Shown here in pieces: positions 8,604 through 17,945 of a stretch of DNA of 64,000 bases. Below the pieces are notes generated by a model that was not told the DNA's origin, searched no databases, and saw only the letters and a list, made by a program, of their open reading frames with translations. Both the position numbers and the translations under genes were made by a program. Origin of the DNA: Bacteroidetes bacterium CG12_big_fil_rev_8_21_14_0_65_60_17 (GTDB lineage Bacteria; Bacteroidota; Rhodothermia; Rhodothermales; UBA10348); assembly GCA_002787815.1 (NCBI GenBank), contig PCUY01000075.1:11406-75405 (forward strand), in the 5' to 3' direction. Every line of letters starts with the position of its first letter. The first letter of the stretch is position 1.

Positions 8604-8846
8604 ATGGAAGACGAATTCGAACTGGAGGTAAGCTCGCTCAGCCGGAAAATCACGGTCGACGATGCGTCCGTTGATGTCCAGATCTATCGGGGAGGGGGAA
8701 GCGGCTGGATTCTCGAGGTGGTCGATGCGCATGGCACATCGACACTCTGGGACGACCCGTTCAAAACCGACACGGAAGCCCTCGAGGAGGTCGAAAGGAC
8801 CATCCGCGAGGAAGGGATTGATGCGTTGATTGGCGATCAGCCATGA
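8604..8846 (+). CDS. Small acidic hypothetical protein (80 aa)
   Basis: Clean ORF between two coupled genes; GWILEVVD..GTSTLWDDPF.TD.EAL pattern; 21 D/E versus 6 K/R. Confidence 0.75.
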   Translation: MEDEFELEVSSLSRKITVDDASVDVQIYRGGGSGWILEVVDAHGTSTLWDDPFKTDTEALEEVERTIREEGIDALIGDQP

Positions 8847-8847
8847 C

Positions 8848-10092
8848 ATGCGGTTAGATCACATCTCGCTCACTGGTTTCCGGGCGCACGAGGCGACAGC
8901 GGTCGATTTCGAAAACGGCATGAACCTGCTTGTGGGGCCGAACGGCGCGGGCAAGACAAACCTGCTCGAAGCCGTCCATGTGGCGTGCCTCAGCCGAAGT
9001 TTCCTGACGCACAACGACCGCCACGTACTCCGGCGAGGCGCCGACCACTATGCAGTCGAAGCCCGGTTCACGTCGGACGCCGGCCGGGAAATCCGCGTCC
9101 GCGTGGCCTTCCAGCCGGGAGCGGGCAAGCGCGTTTTTGTCAATGGCGCGCAGGTGGAGCGGCTGATCGACCTGGTGGGCCGCGTCCCCGTGGTGGTGTT
9201 CGCGCCCGACGACCAACGCATAACGGCCGAAGGCCCGGACGAGCGGCGGCGGTTCCTGGACAGCCTGCTCTGCCAGTCGAGCGGCACGTACCTGGATAAT
9301 CTGGTGAATTACCGCCGCACGCTTAAGCAGCGCAACGAGTTGCTTCTGTCGGCGCGTCGCCGGGGTGTGTCTGTGGATGCGGATGTCCTGGCATCCTGGA
9401 CAGCCGAGCTCGTGCGACACGGTGCGCCTCTTGTGGAGGCGCGACGGGCCTTCGTGGTCCAGTTCAACCACTACCTGGAGAAGGCGTTCGGGCGCATTTC
9501 GCGCGTGGCCGAGCGTCCGTCCATACGGTATGAACCGTTTCCCGGCATGGAGACGGATCGGCGGGACGTTGCCGATGCGCTCGGCGCGGGCCTTGCACGC
9601 ACGGCCCGCGCCGAGCGCCAGCGCGGATCGACGCAGGTCGGGCCGCATCGGGATGAGCTTGACATGCTGCTCGACGGGCATCTGGTGCGCCATTACGGGA
9701 GCCAGGGCCAGCACCGAACGTTCGGCATGGCACTCAAGCTTGCCCAGTACGACTACCTCTGGGAGCGGCTCGGTGAGCGACCCGTACTGTTGCTTGACGA
9801 CGTGTTCGACAACCTGGATCCCGGGCGCATTGGAGCCTTTTTGAACATACTGCAGTCCGACGCCGTTGGACAGAGTATCACGACCGCTGCCCGGCGGGAA
9901 ATCGTGCATGCCCATCTGCCCGGCGGTCCCTGCCGGACACTGGATGTGGCGCCGGGAGGGCAGGTGGACGTGGCGCCGGGAGGGCAGGTGGACGTGGCCG
10001 GGGACGAACCGCTGTCGGGGGACGAACCGCTGTCGGGGGACGAACCGAGCGCGCCGGCCGCAAAAGGCCCTGAAACAGAACGATCCGATTGA
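8848..10092 (+). CDS. recF: DNA replication and repair protein RecF
   Basis: Walker A GPNGAGKTN, GPDERRRFLD, GPHRDEL, GSQGQ signature, LLLDD Walker B. Confidence 0.95.
   Translation: MRLDHISLTGFRAHEATAVDFENGMNLLVGPNGAGKTNLLEAVHVACLSRSFLTHNDRHVLRRGADHYAVEARFTSDAGREIRVRVAFQPGAGKRVFVNGAQVERLIDLVGRVPVVVFAPDDQRITAEGPDERRRFLDSLLCQSSGTYLDNLVNYRRTLKQRNELLLSARRRGVSVDADVLASWTAELVRHGAPLVEARRAFVVQFNHYLEKAFGRISRVAERPSIRYEPFPGMETDRRDVADALGAGLARTARAERQRGSTQVGPHRDELDMLLDGHLVRHYGSQGQHRTFGMALKLAQYDYLWERLGERPVLLLDDVFDNLDPGRIGAFLNILQSDAVGQSITTAARREIVHAHLPGGPCRTLDVAPGGQVDVAPGGQVDVAGDEPLSGDEPLSGDEPSAPAAKGPETERSD
9943..10047 (+). repeat. In-frame tandem micro-repeats in the RecF C-terminal tail (24-nt unit x2, 18-nt unit x2.5)
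   Basis: Encodes DVAPGGQV DVAPGGQV DVA GDEPLS GDEPLS GDEP. Confidence 0.85.
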
Positions 10093-10126
10093 AAACAGAG
10101 TACACCCACTCATCTGAAGTACCATC

Positions 10127-11635
10127 ATGATACGCATGCATGCCCACAGACTGGCTACGCTGGTCGTCCTCCTGCTCATCGGTTTCGGCGCAGCAGGGTG
10201 CGCCGTATCTACCAATCCGGTAACCGGAAACAAGCGCGCCTATGCGTACACCTGGCAGGAGGAAATCGCCATCGGGCGCGACGCGGATCCGCAGATCGTG
10301 GCGCAGTTCGGCAAGTACGGGTCCGATGAGCTTGAGGCGTACATTGATTCGCTCGGGCAGGCGCTGCTCGAGGTGAGCCACCTGCGGCGGCCGGGAGCGG
10401 ACCCCGAGTGGCAGGCGACGCCCTTCACATTCCGCGTACTCGATTCCCCGGTGGTGAACGCATTTGCCCTGCCGGGTGGATTTGTGTACGTGACGCGCGG
10501 ACTGCTCGCGCACCTGAACAACGAGGCCCAGTTGGCGGTCGTGCTGGGACACGAAATCGGACACGTGGCGGGCCGGCATGGATCGAAGCGCGCCATGAAC
10601 CAGATGTTCGGCCAGGCAGCGGTGCTGGCAGGAGCTGTCGGTGGACAGGCACTCTTCGGTGGGAATGCGGCGCAGAATGTATTGGGGCTCGGAAGCGATG
10701 TGGCGAATCTGATGTTCCTCTCCTATGGCCGGAATGACGAGCGGGAATCGGACGATCTGGGCGTGGAATATGCCTCACTGCTCGGGTACGATGCCGCCGA
10801 AGGCTCGGCGTTTTTCCGCTCACTTCGTCGCATGTCCGAAAAGTCCGGACAGGAAATACCGAGTTTCATGTCGACGCATCCGGATCCGGGTGAGCGCGAG
10901 CAGACCATTCAGCGCCTGGCTGCCGAATGGGCGGCGCAGGTACCGGGCAGTCGGCTGCAGGAGCGGCACTATCGCCGCATGACAAACGGCATTGTTTGGG
11001 GCGAGGATCCCCGCCAGGGATTTACGCGCGAGGGCATGTTCTATCATCCCGGACTGGCCTTTCAGTTTCCGGTGCCGGGCGGGTTCCGCATTATCAACCA
11101 GCCCTCACAGGTCGTACTGGTGTCGAGCAACGAGCAGGCATTCGTGATTTTCTCTATCGAGTCGAAGCATGCCACGGCCCGCTTGGCGGCCGATGCGTTT
11201 GCCGCGCAAGAGGGAATGACGGCTGTCACGAGCAGCCGCGCTGCGTCGACAGCGCTTCCGGGGTGGGTGGTGACGGCGACCGTTGCGCAACAGAACGGGC
11301 AGGAGCTCCGCGTCCGCGCGCACTATATCGAGTACAATGATCAGGTCTATGCGTTCACTGGAGTGGCCGCTGCTGCCGACTTCGATACCTGGAAAGGGCA
11401 GTTCGAATTGTCATCGAACAATTTCCGGCCGCTCACCGATCCGAAGGTACTGGCGACCGAACCCGTGCGCGTCTTCTGGCAGCAGGCGGCATTGACTGGA
11501 ACGTTCCAGTCGCTCGTTCAGGATACGTTGCCCGATGGGGTGGCGGCAGATGAGATGGCCATTGTGAACCAGGTGAATCTGGGCGACACCATTCCGCGCG
11601 GAACGCCTATAAAGCTCCTTCGCCAGGGGGAATGA
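10127..11635 (+). CDS. M48-family zinc metalloprotease lipoprotein (BepA/YfgC-like) with C-terminal extension
   Basis: Lipobox GAAGC; VNAFALPGG, HEIGH (HExxH), YGRNDERESD, STHPDP. Confidence 0.92.
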   Translation: MIRMHAHRLATLVVLLLIGFGAAGCAVSTNPVTGNKRAYAYTWQEEIAIGRDADPQIVAQFGKYGSDELEAYIDSLGQALLEVSHLRRPGADPEWQATPFTFRVLDSPVVNAFALPGGFVYVTRGLLAHLNNEAQLAVVLGHEIGHVAGRHGSKRAMNQMFGQAAVLAGAVGGQALFGGNAAQNVLGLGSDVANLMFLSYGRNDERESDDLGVEYASLLGYDAAEGSAFFRSLRRMSEKSGQEIPSFMSTHPDPGEREQTIQRLAAEWAAQVPGSRLQERHYRRMTNGIVWGEDPRQGFTREGMFYHPGLAFQFPVPGGFRIINQPSQVVLVSSNEQAFVIFSIESKHATARLAADAFAAQEGMTAVTSSRAASTALPGWVVTATVAQQNGQELRVRAHYIEYNDQVYAFTGVAAAADFDTWKGQFELSSNNFRPLTDPKVLATEPVRVFWQQAALTGTFQSLVQDTLPDGVAADEMAIVNQVNLGDTIPRGTPIKLLRQGE

Positions 11636-12032
11636 GGACAGCTTCGCCGCCCAGTGCGGTCTTTTTGCCCATGTAAATGTAGACCTTCATGCGGATATGC
11701 CGGTACTTTTCAATTTTTTCGGCTACCCGGACTTCCACGGATATGGTAGATCCGACGGGGACGGGCCGCAGGAAGCGGCAGGAAATGGACACAGCGACAC
11801 TGCCGGGTCCCGGAAAATCCCGCCCCAGGGCCTTGGAAATGATGCCGAGCAGGAACGTCCCGTGTACGATGGTTTGCCCGAAACGCGTATTGCCGGCATA
11901 TTCGGCATCGATATGGATCGGGTTGTCATCGCCCGTCAGCGCCGCGTAGGTCCGAACATCGTCCTCGGTGACGGTGCGCTCAATGATGTGAGACTGTCCA
12001 ATTTCAAGTGCTTCGTACGTGTTCGGGTTCAT
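11607..12032 (-). CDS. MaoC-family dehydratase (R-specific enoyl-CoA hydratase-like)
   Basis: YAALTGDDNPIHID, FGQTIVHG, FPGPG, FLRPV.VG. Confidence 0.92.
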   Translation of the reverse strand: MNPNTYEALEIGQSHIIERTVTEDDVRTYAALTGDDNPIHIDAEYAGNTRFGQTIVHGTFLLGIISKALGRDFPGPGSVAVSISCRFLRPVPVGSTISVEVRVAEKIEKYRHIRMKVYIYMGKKTALGGEAVLIPPGEGAL

Positions 12033-12221
12033 GTATATGGAATGTAGATGGAGTGCCTGCTGTGGACGGGAAATTGAAAAAGCTGGGGATACGTCATCTT
12101 CGAGAACAGTGTTTCATGTTACGTCACCGAGCGGGGGCGCGGCTTATCCCGTAGCAAATGCCGGTCTTCGTGCACGCAAGGCCGCACGCTTGGCACACTT
12201 TCTGCTCCCACTACACGGTAT

Positions 12222-13037
12222 ATGACCATCACATCGAACACATATCGGGTTTTTACTTCGCGGGTTCGTTCTTCGGAACGCCGCCAACCAGTAGCCGCAC
12301 TGACGCTCTGGATGGTCACATGGATGCTTGCTGCACTGTCTGTGGCAAGTGGGCAGAGCACGGGTGCGGGCGCTGGTGATGGTGTGGCCACGGGGGTCGT
12401 AATGGTTGACGACTTCGAGGCGCATGACGTTGGAACGGTACCCGGCGGCTGGAGCTATCTTCACAAAAAGAAAATTGTCCCCCTGACCGAAGAGTTCATG
12501 CGGCCGCGCGAGCGGTTCACGGTTGTCAAGGACGGCACGCGCCAGGTACTACGGGCCTACTCCCACAATGAAGCCGTCCACATTTCGCTCGTCAACGGCG
12601 AGAGCCGCCTGGACTGGGACCTGGAAACGCATCCCGTCTTGGCCTGGGAATGGAACGCCCGCAAACTGCCTCCCGGTGCGCGTGAGGACCAGGATCAACT
12701 GAATGATTCCGCGGCGGCGATCTATGTCATATTTTCCATGGACGGGTTTCTCGTCAAACGCCCAAAAACCATCAAATACGTGTTTTCAAGTTCGCTCCCC
12801 GTGGGGACGGTCGTCTCGTACGGCAAGCTCAAGGTCATTGTAGTCTCGGATGGATCCATGGCGGATGCCGGGTGGATCCGCGTCGAGCGGGACGTTGCCC
12901 AGGACTATCGAACCGTATTCGGTGACGAGCCCCCCCGAAGACCACTATCCATCCGCCTCTGGAGCGATTCCGACAATACGGGCGCAGAGGCTGAGGTCGA
13001 TTTCGACAACATCCGACTCATTCCCGCCTCCAGATGA
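12222..13037 (+). CDS. DUF3047 domain-containing exported protein
   Basis: Signal peptide; LAWEW...LP, DSAAAIYVIF, W..VERDV..DY..VFGD, SDSDNTG. Confidence 0.85.
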   Translation: MTITSNTYRVFTSRVRSSERRQPVAALTLWMVTWMLAALSVASGQSTGAGAGDGVATGVVMVDDFEAHDVGTVPGGWSYLHKKKIVPLTEEFMRPRERFTVVKDGTRQVLRAYSHNEAVHISLVNGESRLDWDLETHPVLAWEWNARKLPPGAREDQDQLNDSAAAIYVIFSMDGFLVKRPKTIKYVFSSSLPVGTVVSYGKLKVIVVSDGSMADAGWIRVERDVAQDYRTVFGDEPPRRPLSIRLWSDSDNTGAEAEVDFDNIRLIPASR

Positions 13038-15583
13038 CCAGACCAAGCCGCCTGCTCGTTGACCGGGCGTTCAATTTTCTTGGATCCTGCGTCGGAGGTG
13101 TGGTGACACACGCCACGTGGGTGGTCATCGTTGCCCTCGCCGTCACGGCCGGAAGCCTGATGCTGGCCAAGAATCTGCGCATCGATACGGACCTGGCCAA
13201 CCTGATTCCATCCGACTACCCGAGCGCGGTGGCCCTGGAGCGGCTGCGAAGCACAATCGGTGGCGAGGCGGAGGCGGCCGTGGCCATAGAGAGTCCGTCG
13301 TTCGAGGCGAACCTGGCCTATGCTGAAGCACTCATTCCCCAGGTGCTCGGCCTTGTTCGGGCCAGGACAGGTGAGCCTTTTTTCCAGCGGGTGGATTTCC
13401 GGAAGGATGTGACCTTCCTCAAGGACAACGCCCTCTATTTCGCCACGCCGGCAGAACTCGACATGCTTGAGGACTGGCTGCGCACGAAGATCGAGGATGC
13501 GAAGCTCGAAGCCAATCCGTTCATGTTCGACCTCGAGGACGAGGATGACGACCGGGCCGCTGAACAGGACTCCGTGGGCGAGGAGCTCAAGGCGGTCTAC
13601 GAGCAGATCGTGTCGAAGGAGTATCCGATTTCGGCCGACAGCACGACGATGGTACTTCAGTTCTTTCCGACCAATACGTCGTCAGATATCGCCTTCATCC
13701 GGGATGCCTACATGGCGCTCGATTCCGTTACGGCCGCACTCGGACCTGCGAACTACCACGCGGACATGGAGATCACAACGGCGGGGCGTCTGCTTCGGCA
13801 CATGGTCGAAGTGGAAACCATCCAAGAGGACGTGCTCTCTTCCTTTGGCAGCGGTGCAGGTGCCGTTCTGCTGTTCGTCGTTCTGTATTTCATGTACAAG
13901 GCCTACGTGGCGCGGGTGGGCCATGTGTGGTCGACGCGCGTCTTCGTGACGCAGCTCCTCAGGGCTCCGTCGATGGCGCTCGTGATCGGACTTCCGCTTA
14001 TCATGAGTCTCTCGTGGACGTTCGCTCTCGCCTGGCTCGTGCACGGCACGCTCAACCTGATGACGTCGACGCTCGGTCTCGTTCTGTTTGGGCTCGGTAT
14101 TGATTTCGGTATTCATTTCTATGGGAGATACGCCGAAGAGCGCTCGGATGGTCGCTCGGTGCTCGATGCTGTCCGTGTCACGTTCCGCAGCACGGGGCAG
14201 GCCATAACCATCGGGGCGTTCACGACGTCGTTGGGACTTTTCGTACTCGTTCTGGCGGATTTCAAGGGCTTCTCGCAGTTCGGGTTCATCGCCGGCAGTG
14301 GCATCCTGTTTGCGCTCGTGGCCATGATATTCGTGCTTCCGGCGCTGCTCGCCGTATTCGAGCGCATGGGTCTGCTGAACCTGTCCATTTCCGGGCGCAA
14401 AGCCGACACCGATGGGCGCAACCGCCGAACGACCTTTCCAGGCTGCCGCATTGCGCTCTACGGAAGCGTTGCGGCTGTCGTTGTGGCACTCCTGCTGGTC
14501 GGTCGCGTGGGATTCGAATACCGCTTCGGGGAGCTGGAGCCCGACTATGAGGAGTATGAGGCCCGCCGGTCGGTGGTCCAGAAAGTCTCCGACGACAGAC
14601 GCAACCGGAATCCGGCCTACGTTATTCTGGATCGGCCCGAGGAGGTTCAACCTGTCATCGATGCCCTGCGGGAGCGCATGGCCGCCGATACGCTGAGCCC
14701 CACGATTGACCGTGTGGAGTCGCTCCAGGACCGCTTTCCGTCAACGCCCGAAGCTCAGGCCGAGCGGCTGGCCCGTCTTGACGACATACGTACCCTGCTG
14801 TCGGACCGGTTCCTGGAGCGGGAAGAGTCGGAGGACTTGGACCGGCTGCGCCGGGCGGCTGAGACGCGTCGTCCGATTTCCCAGGATGAGGTGCCGGATT
14901 TCCTGCGGGAACAGTTCACGTCCAAGAATGGTGAGCTGGGCAATTTTGTGATCATCTACCCGCGCGAAGGGCTGTCCGACGGTCGCAAATCCATGGCTTT
15001 CTCGGAAGACGTGGGAACCATCGTAACTGCGCGCGGGGACGTCTACCATGCCGGTTCCACGTCGCTCGTGGCGGCCGACATGCTGAAGCTCATGCAGTCC
15101 GAAGCGCCCTGGATGATACTGGCAACGCTGCTCATAGTGATGGCGCTCATGTACGCCAATTTCGGGTCGGTCAAATGGATGTTCCTTGCCCTTTTGCCGC
15201 TTCTGGTGGGTATTCTCTGGATGTTGCTCCTGATGGAGCTGATGGCCTTCAAGCTGAACTTCTACAACCTGATCGTATTGCCGGCGGTACTTGGAATTGG
15301 AAACGACGCCGGTGTTCACCTTGTGCATCGCTACCGGGAGGAAGGCACGGGGAGTATCATGCAAGTGCTCCGGTCAACGGGAGAGCATGTCACGATGGGG
15401 TCACTCACGACCATGCTGGGCTTTGCGGGGCTTTTGCTGTCGTTTCACCCGGGACTGGAGTCAATCGGGCTGCTTGCAGTCATCGGAATCGGATCAACGC
15501 TTGCTGCGGCGCTTGTATTCCTGCCGGCACTCCTTCAACGACTGGAAATGCGCGAACAGGTGGCGGAGAGCGCAGACAGATAG
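13034..15583 (+). CDS. MMPL/RND-family transporter (HpnN-like)
   Basis: Two repeats, each with a TM4 motif (GLGIDFGIHFYGRY; GIGNDAGVHLVHRY); about 12 TM helices; start overlaps the DUF3047 stop (ATGA). Confidence 0.92.
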   Translation: MTRPSRLLVDRAFNFLGSCVGGVVTHATWVVIVALAVTAGSLMLAKNLRIDTDLANLIPSDYPSAVALERLRSTIGGEAEAAVAIESPSFEANLAYAEALIPQVLGLVRARTGEPFFQRVDFRKDVTFLKDNALYFATPAELDMLEDWLRTKIEDAKLEANPFMFDLEDEDDDRAAEQDSVGEELKAVYEQIVSKEYPISADSTTMVLQFFPTNTSSDIAFIRDAYMALDSVTAALGPANYHADMEITTAGRLLRHMVEVETIQEDVLSSFGSGAGAVLLFVVLYFMYKAYVARVGHVWSTRVFVTQLLRAPSMALVIGLPLIMSLSWTFALAWLVHGTLNLMTSTLGLVLFGLGIDFGIHFYGRYAEERSDGRSVLDAVRVTFRSTGQAITIGAFTTSLGLFVLVLADFKGFSQFGFIAGSGILFALVAMIFVLPALLAVFERMGLLNLSISGRKADTDGRNRRTTFPGCRIALYGSVAAVVVALLLVGRVGFEYRFGELEPDYEEYEARRSVVQKVSDDRRNRNPAYVILDRPEEVQPVIDALRERMAADTLSPTIDRVESLQDRFPSTPEAQAERLARLDDIRTLLSDRFLEREESEDLDRLRRAAETRRPISQDEVPDFLREQFTSKNGELGNFVIIYPREGLSDGRKSMAFSEDVGTIVTARGDVYHAGSTSLVAADMLKLMQSEAPWMILATLLIVMALMYANFGSVKWMFLALLPLLVGILWMLLLMELMAFKLNFYNLIVLPAVLGIGNDAGVHLVHRYREEGTGSIMQVLRSTGEHVTMGSLTTMLGFAGLLLSFHPGLESIGLLAVIGIGSTLAAALVFLPALLQRLEMREQVAESADR

Positions 15584-16797
15584 TTCTTCGCAACACGCTC
15601 CCATGAGAACGAGTCGGTGACATGGGTTCGTGTGGCGCGGGACAGTTTTCGAAGGGCATCCCGGTCGGCCTGCAGTGCGCGAATACACTCGGAGAAGCCC
15701 GCTGCGTCACCGCTCTCCACGAAATAACCGTTTCGGCCGGGGGAGATCACTTCCCGAATGCCTTCGAGGTGGGCCGCAATGGTGGGCAGGCCCAGCAGGC
15801 CCGCTTCCAGCATGACAATACCGAATCCCTCCATGTCGCCAGGAACCGGGATGTTGGGCATGACGAACAGATCAGCCGTGCGGTAGAGGTCGACCAGTTC
15901 CCATTCATCGAGACGTCCCAGGAGGCGTACGCGGTGGGACAGGTTTGCCTCGGTGACGGCGCGCTCAATATGCTCGCGTTCCGGACCTTCGCCCCCGAGC
16001 CAGAAATGCACCGTGTCCGGAAGCAGGGGCATGACCTCGCGGATGAACCAGGCATATCCTTTGCGCTCCACATGGCGTCCGACGCCGCAGAGAAGCATGG
16101 GATCGGGTGCTCGGTCGGACGGTGACCCGGGAGAGCGTGCGTGGTTTGATGGGACGTGCCGGGTCGAGCGGAAAACGCGTTTCCAGTCGCGCGAGATAAA
16201 TGTAGGGCTCTTTTTGAGCCCGTTGATGACCGGTGTGAACCGCCGAATGTTTACGCCATTGTGGACTACATGGAGCTTGTCCCGGGGGAGTCCGCGGTCC
16301 AGACAGGCCTGGCCTGTAGCACTGCTGACCGGCAGCACGAGATCAAGTCGCGCGAAAACGCGGCGGACCATGTGCTGATAGATGGAGAGCGGCTTGGTAA
16401 TGTCCCGACCGTGCACGACCGAGGCCAGCATGACACCCTGGTGCGCACCACCATTGCGTCTGTTCTCCAGTGAGTGTGATGTCGAGCGACCCAGAAAGAG
16501 CACGATCAGTGCCGTCACCATGCTGGAAAAAAGCACGACGTCCACTTCTCCCCGACGAACAAGCCTGCGAACATGTAACAGCGTGGTCAGAAGAAACGGC
16601 ACAATACGCCAGTGAACCCACTTCCACGTGCTTACCAGGGCGTGCACATCGTAGGAGAAGGGCTCACCATCGGGCCCCCGGCCGCCGGTGGCAACCAGTG
16701 CATGGTGCAGTTCGGAAGCAACACGCTGCATGCCCCCGATATTTTCGAGCGGATGATCCGGGGGCGGGAAGGAATGCGTGACAAAGAGTAGACGCAT
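15535..16797 (-). CDS. Glycosyltransferase family 4
   Basis: Start MRLLFVTHSFPP (ATG overlapping the upstream TGA); GGMQR, GRHVERKG, EGFGIVMLEA (Ex7E). Confidence 0.9.
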   Translation of the reverse strand: MRLLFVTHSFPPPDHPLENIGGMQRVASELHHALVATGGRGPDGEPFSYDVHALVSTWKWVHWRIVPFLLTTLLHVRRLVRRGEVDVVLFSSMVTALIVLFLGRSTSHSLENRRNGGAHQGVMLASVVHGRDITKPLSIYQHMVRRVFARLDLVLPVSSATGQACLDRGLPRDKLHVVHNGVNIRRFTPVINGLKKSPTFISRDWKRVFRSTRHVPSNHARSPGSPSDRAPDPMLLCGVGRHVERKGYAWFIREVMPLLPDTVHFWLGGEGPEREHIERAVTEANLSHRVRLLGRLDEWELVDLYRTADLFVMPNIPVPGDMEGFGIVMLEAGLLGLPTIAAHLEGIREVISPGRNGYFVESGDAAGFSECIRALQADRDALRKLSRATRTHVTDSFSWERVAKNYLSALSATCSRISSR

Positions 16798-17945
16798 CAG
16801 TTTTTTTCCTTGAGGAGACGATCGTAGCAGTCGTTCAGTCGTCCCAGAATGACCGGCCAGGAATATTGCGTAGAGCGCTCCCTCGCCGCGCGGCCCATGG
16901 CCGCGCGGCGAGGGGTGTCGCGGATGAGTTCGCATACGGCCTGCGTAAAATCTGCCGTATCCCTCGCGCGGCACAGGATACCGGTTTCGCCGTCCCTGAC
17001 AAGGCTCTTGCTGCCTACGGCATTGGCACAGACCGTGGGCAGACCCGATGCCATGGCCTCGAGCGTGACGTTGCCAAAGGTCTCTGTCTCGCTGGGGAAC
17101 AGGAAGATGTCAGACGACGCGTACGCCTCGGCGAGCGCATCTCCCGAAAGATGTCCGGTGAACGTGGCTTGCGGCAACATGCTGCGCAGGTTATCCTCGG
17201 CCGGTCCGGCGCCGACAACAAGCGCCCTGACCGGGACGCCTTCGGCCTGGACGGCCTGGATTACGCCAGCGTACACGTCGGTTCCTTTTTCAATGACCAG
17301 TCGGCTGATGAACGCCACAACCACGTCGTCGTCCGAGAATCCGTGCCGCTGGCGGAACGCCACCGAGCGGCGGTCGGGGTGGAAGATGTCCGTTTCGACG
17401 CCGCGTGGCCAGAGCTCAACGCCATCATGTATACCGTGCGAGCGGAGAATATCTGCCATGGAGGGTGTCGGGACGTAGATATGTGAACATGACCGGTAGG
17501 ATGAACGCAACCATGCCCACATGAGCGGCTGCATCCAACCCATGCGGTAATAATCAAGATACGAACTGAAATGCGTATGGTAGGAAGCAACGATGGGCAG
17601 GCCGCGCCTGTGGGCCCACGCGCGCGCCTGGGTGCCTGCCAGGTCGGGTGTGGCAATATGCATGATGTCGGGGCTGAATGCGCGGAGCCGTTCCCTGTTC
17701 TGGCGGGAGAGGCCGAGGGCAACCCGGTACTCGGCCCGACCGGGGATGGCAACAGAGGGAACCGGTTCCAACTCGCCCTGGTGTTCAAGCGCCGGTTTCG
17801 AGGTGGTCGGGGCAAGGACGAGTACGTCTGCCCGGCCCTCAAGCAGAAAGGCTACCAGGCGGTTCAGCGTCAACGAGACGCCGTCCGCAATATGGTTATA
17901 CGCGCCCGTGTAGAGTGCAATCCGCTTCTGTTCGTGTGCCATCAT
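16797..17945 (-). CDS. Glycosyltransferase family 4 (MgtA/PimB-like)
   Basis: DGVSLTLNRLV, SYHTHFSSY, LWPRGVET, ETFGNVTLEAMASGLP. Confidence 0.9.
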   Translation of the reverse strand: MMAHEQKRIALYTGAYNHIADGVSLTLNRLVAFLLEGRADVLVLAPTTSKPALEHQGELEPVPSVAIPGRAEYRVALGLSRQNRERLRAFSPDIMHIATPDLAGTQARAWAHRRGLPIVASYHTHFSSYLDYYRMGWMQPLMWAWLRSSYRSCSHIYVPTPSMADILRSHGIHDGVELWPRGVETDIFHPDRRSVAFRQRHGFSDDDVVVAFISRLVIEKGTDVYAGVIQAVQAEGVPVRALVVGAGPAEDNLRSMLPQATFTGHLSGDALAEAYASSDIFLFPSETETFGNVTLEAMASGLPTVCANAVGSKSLVRDGETGILCRARDTADFTQAVCELIRDTPRRAAMGRAARERSTQYSWPVILGRLNDCYDRLLKEKN

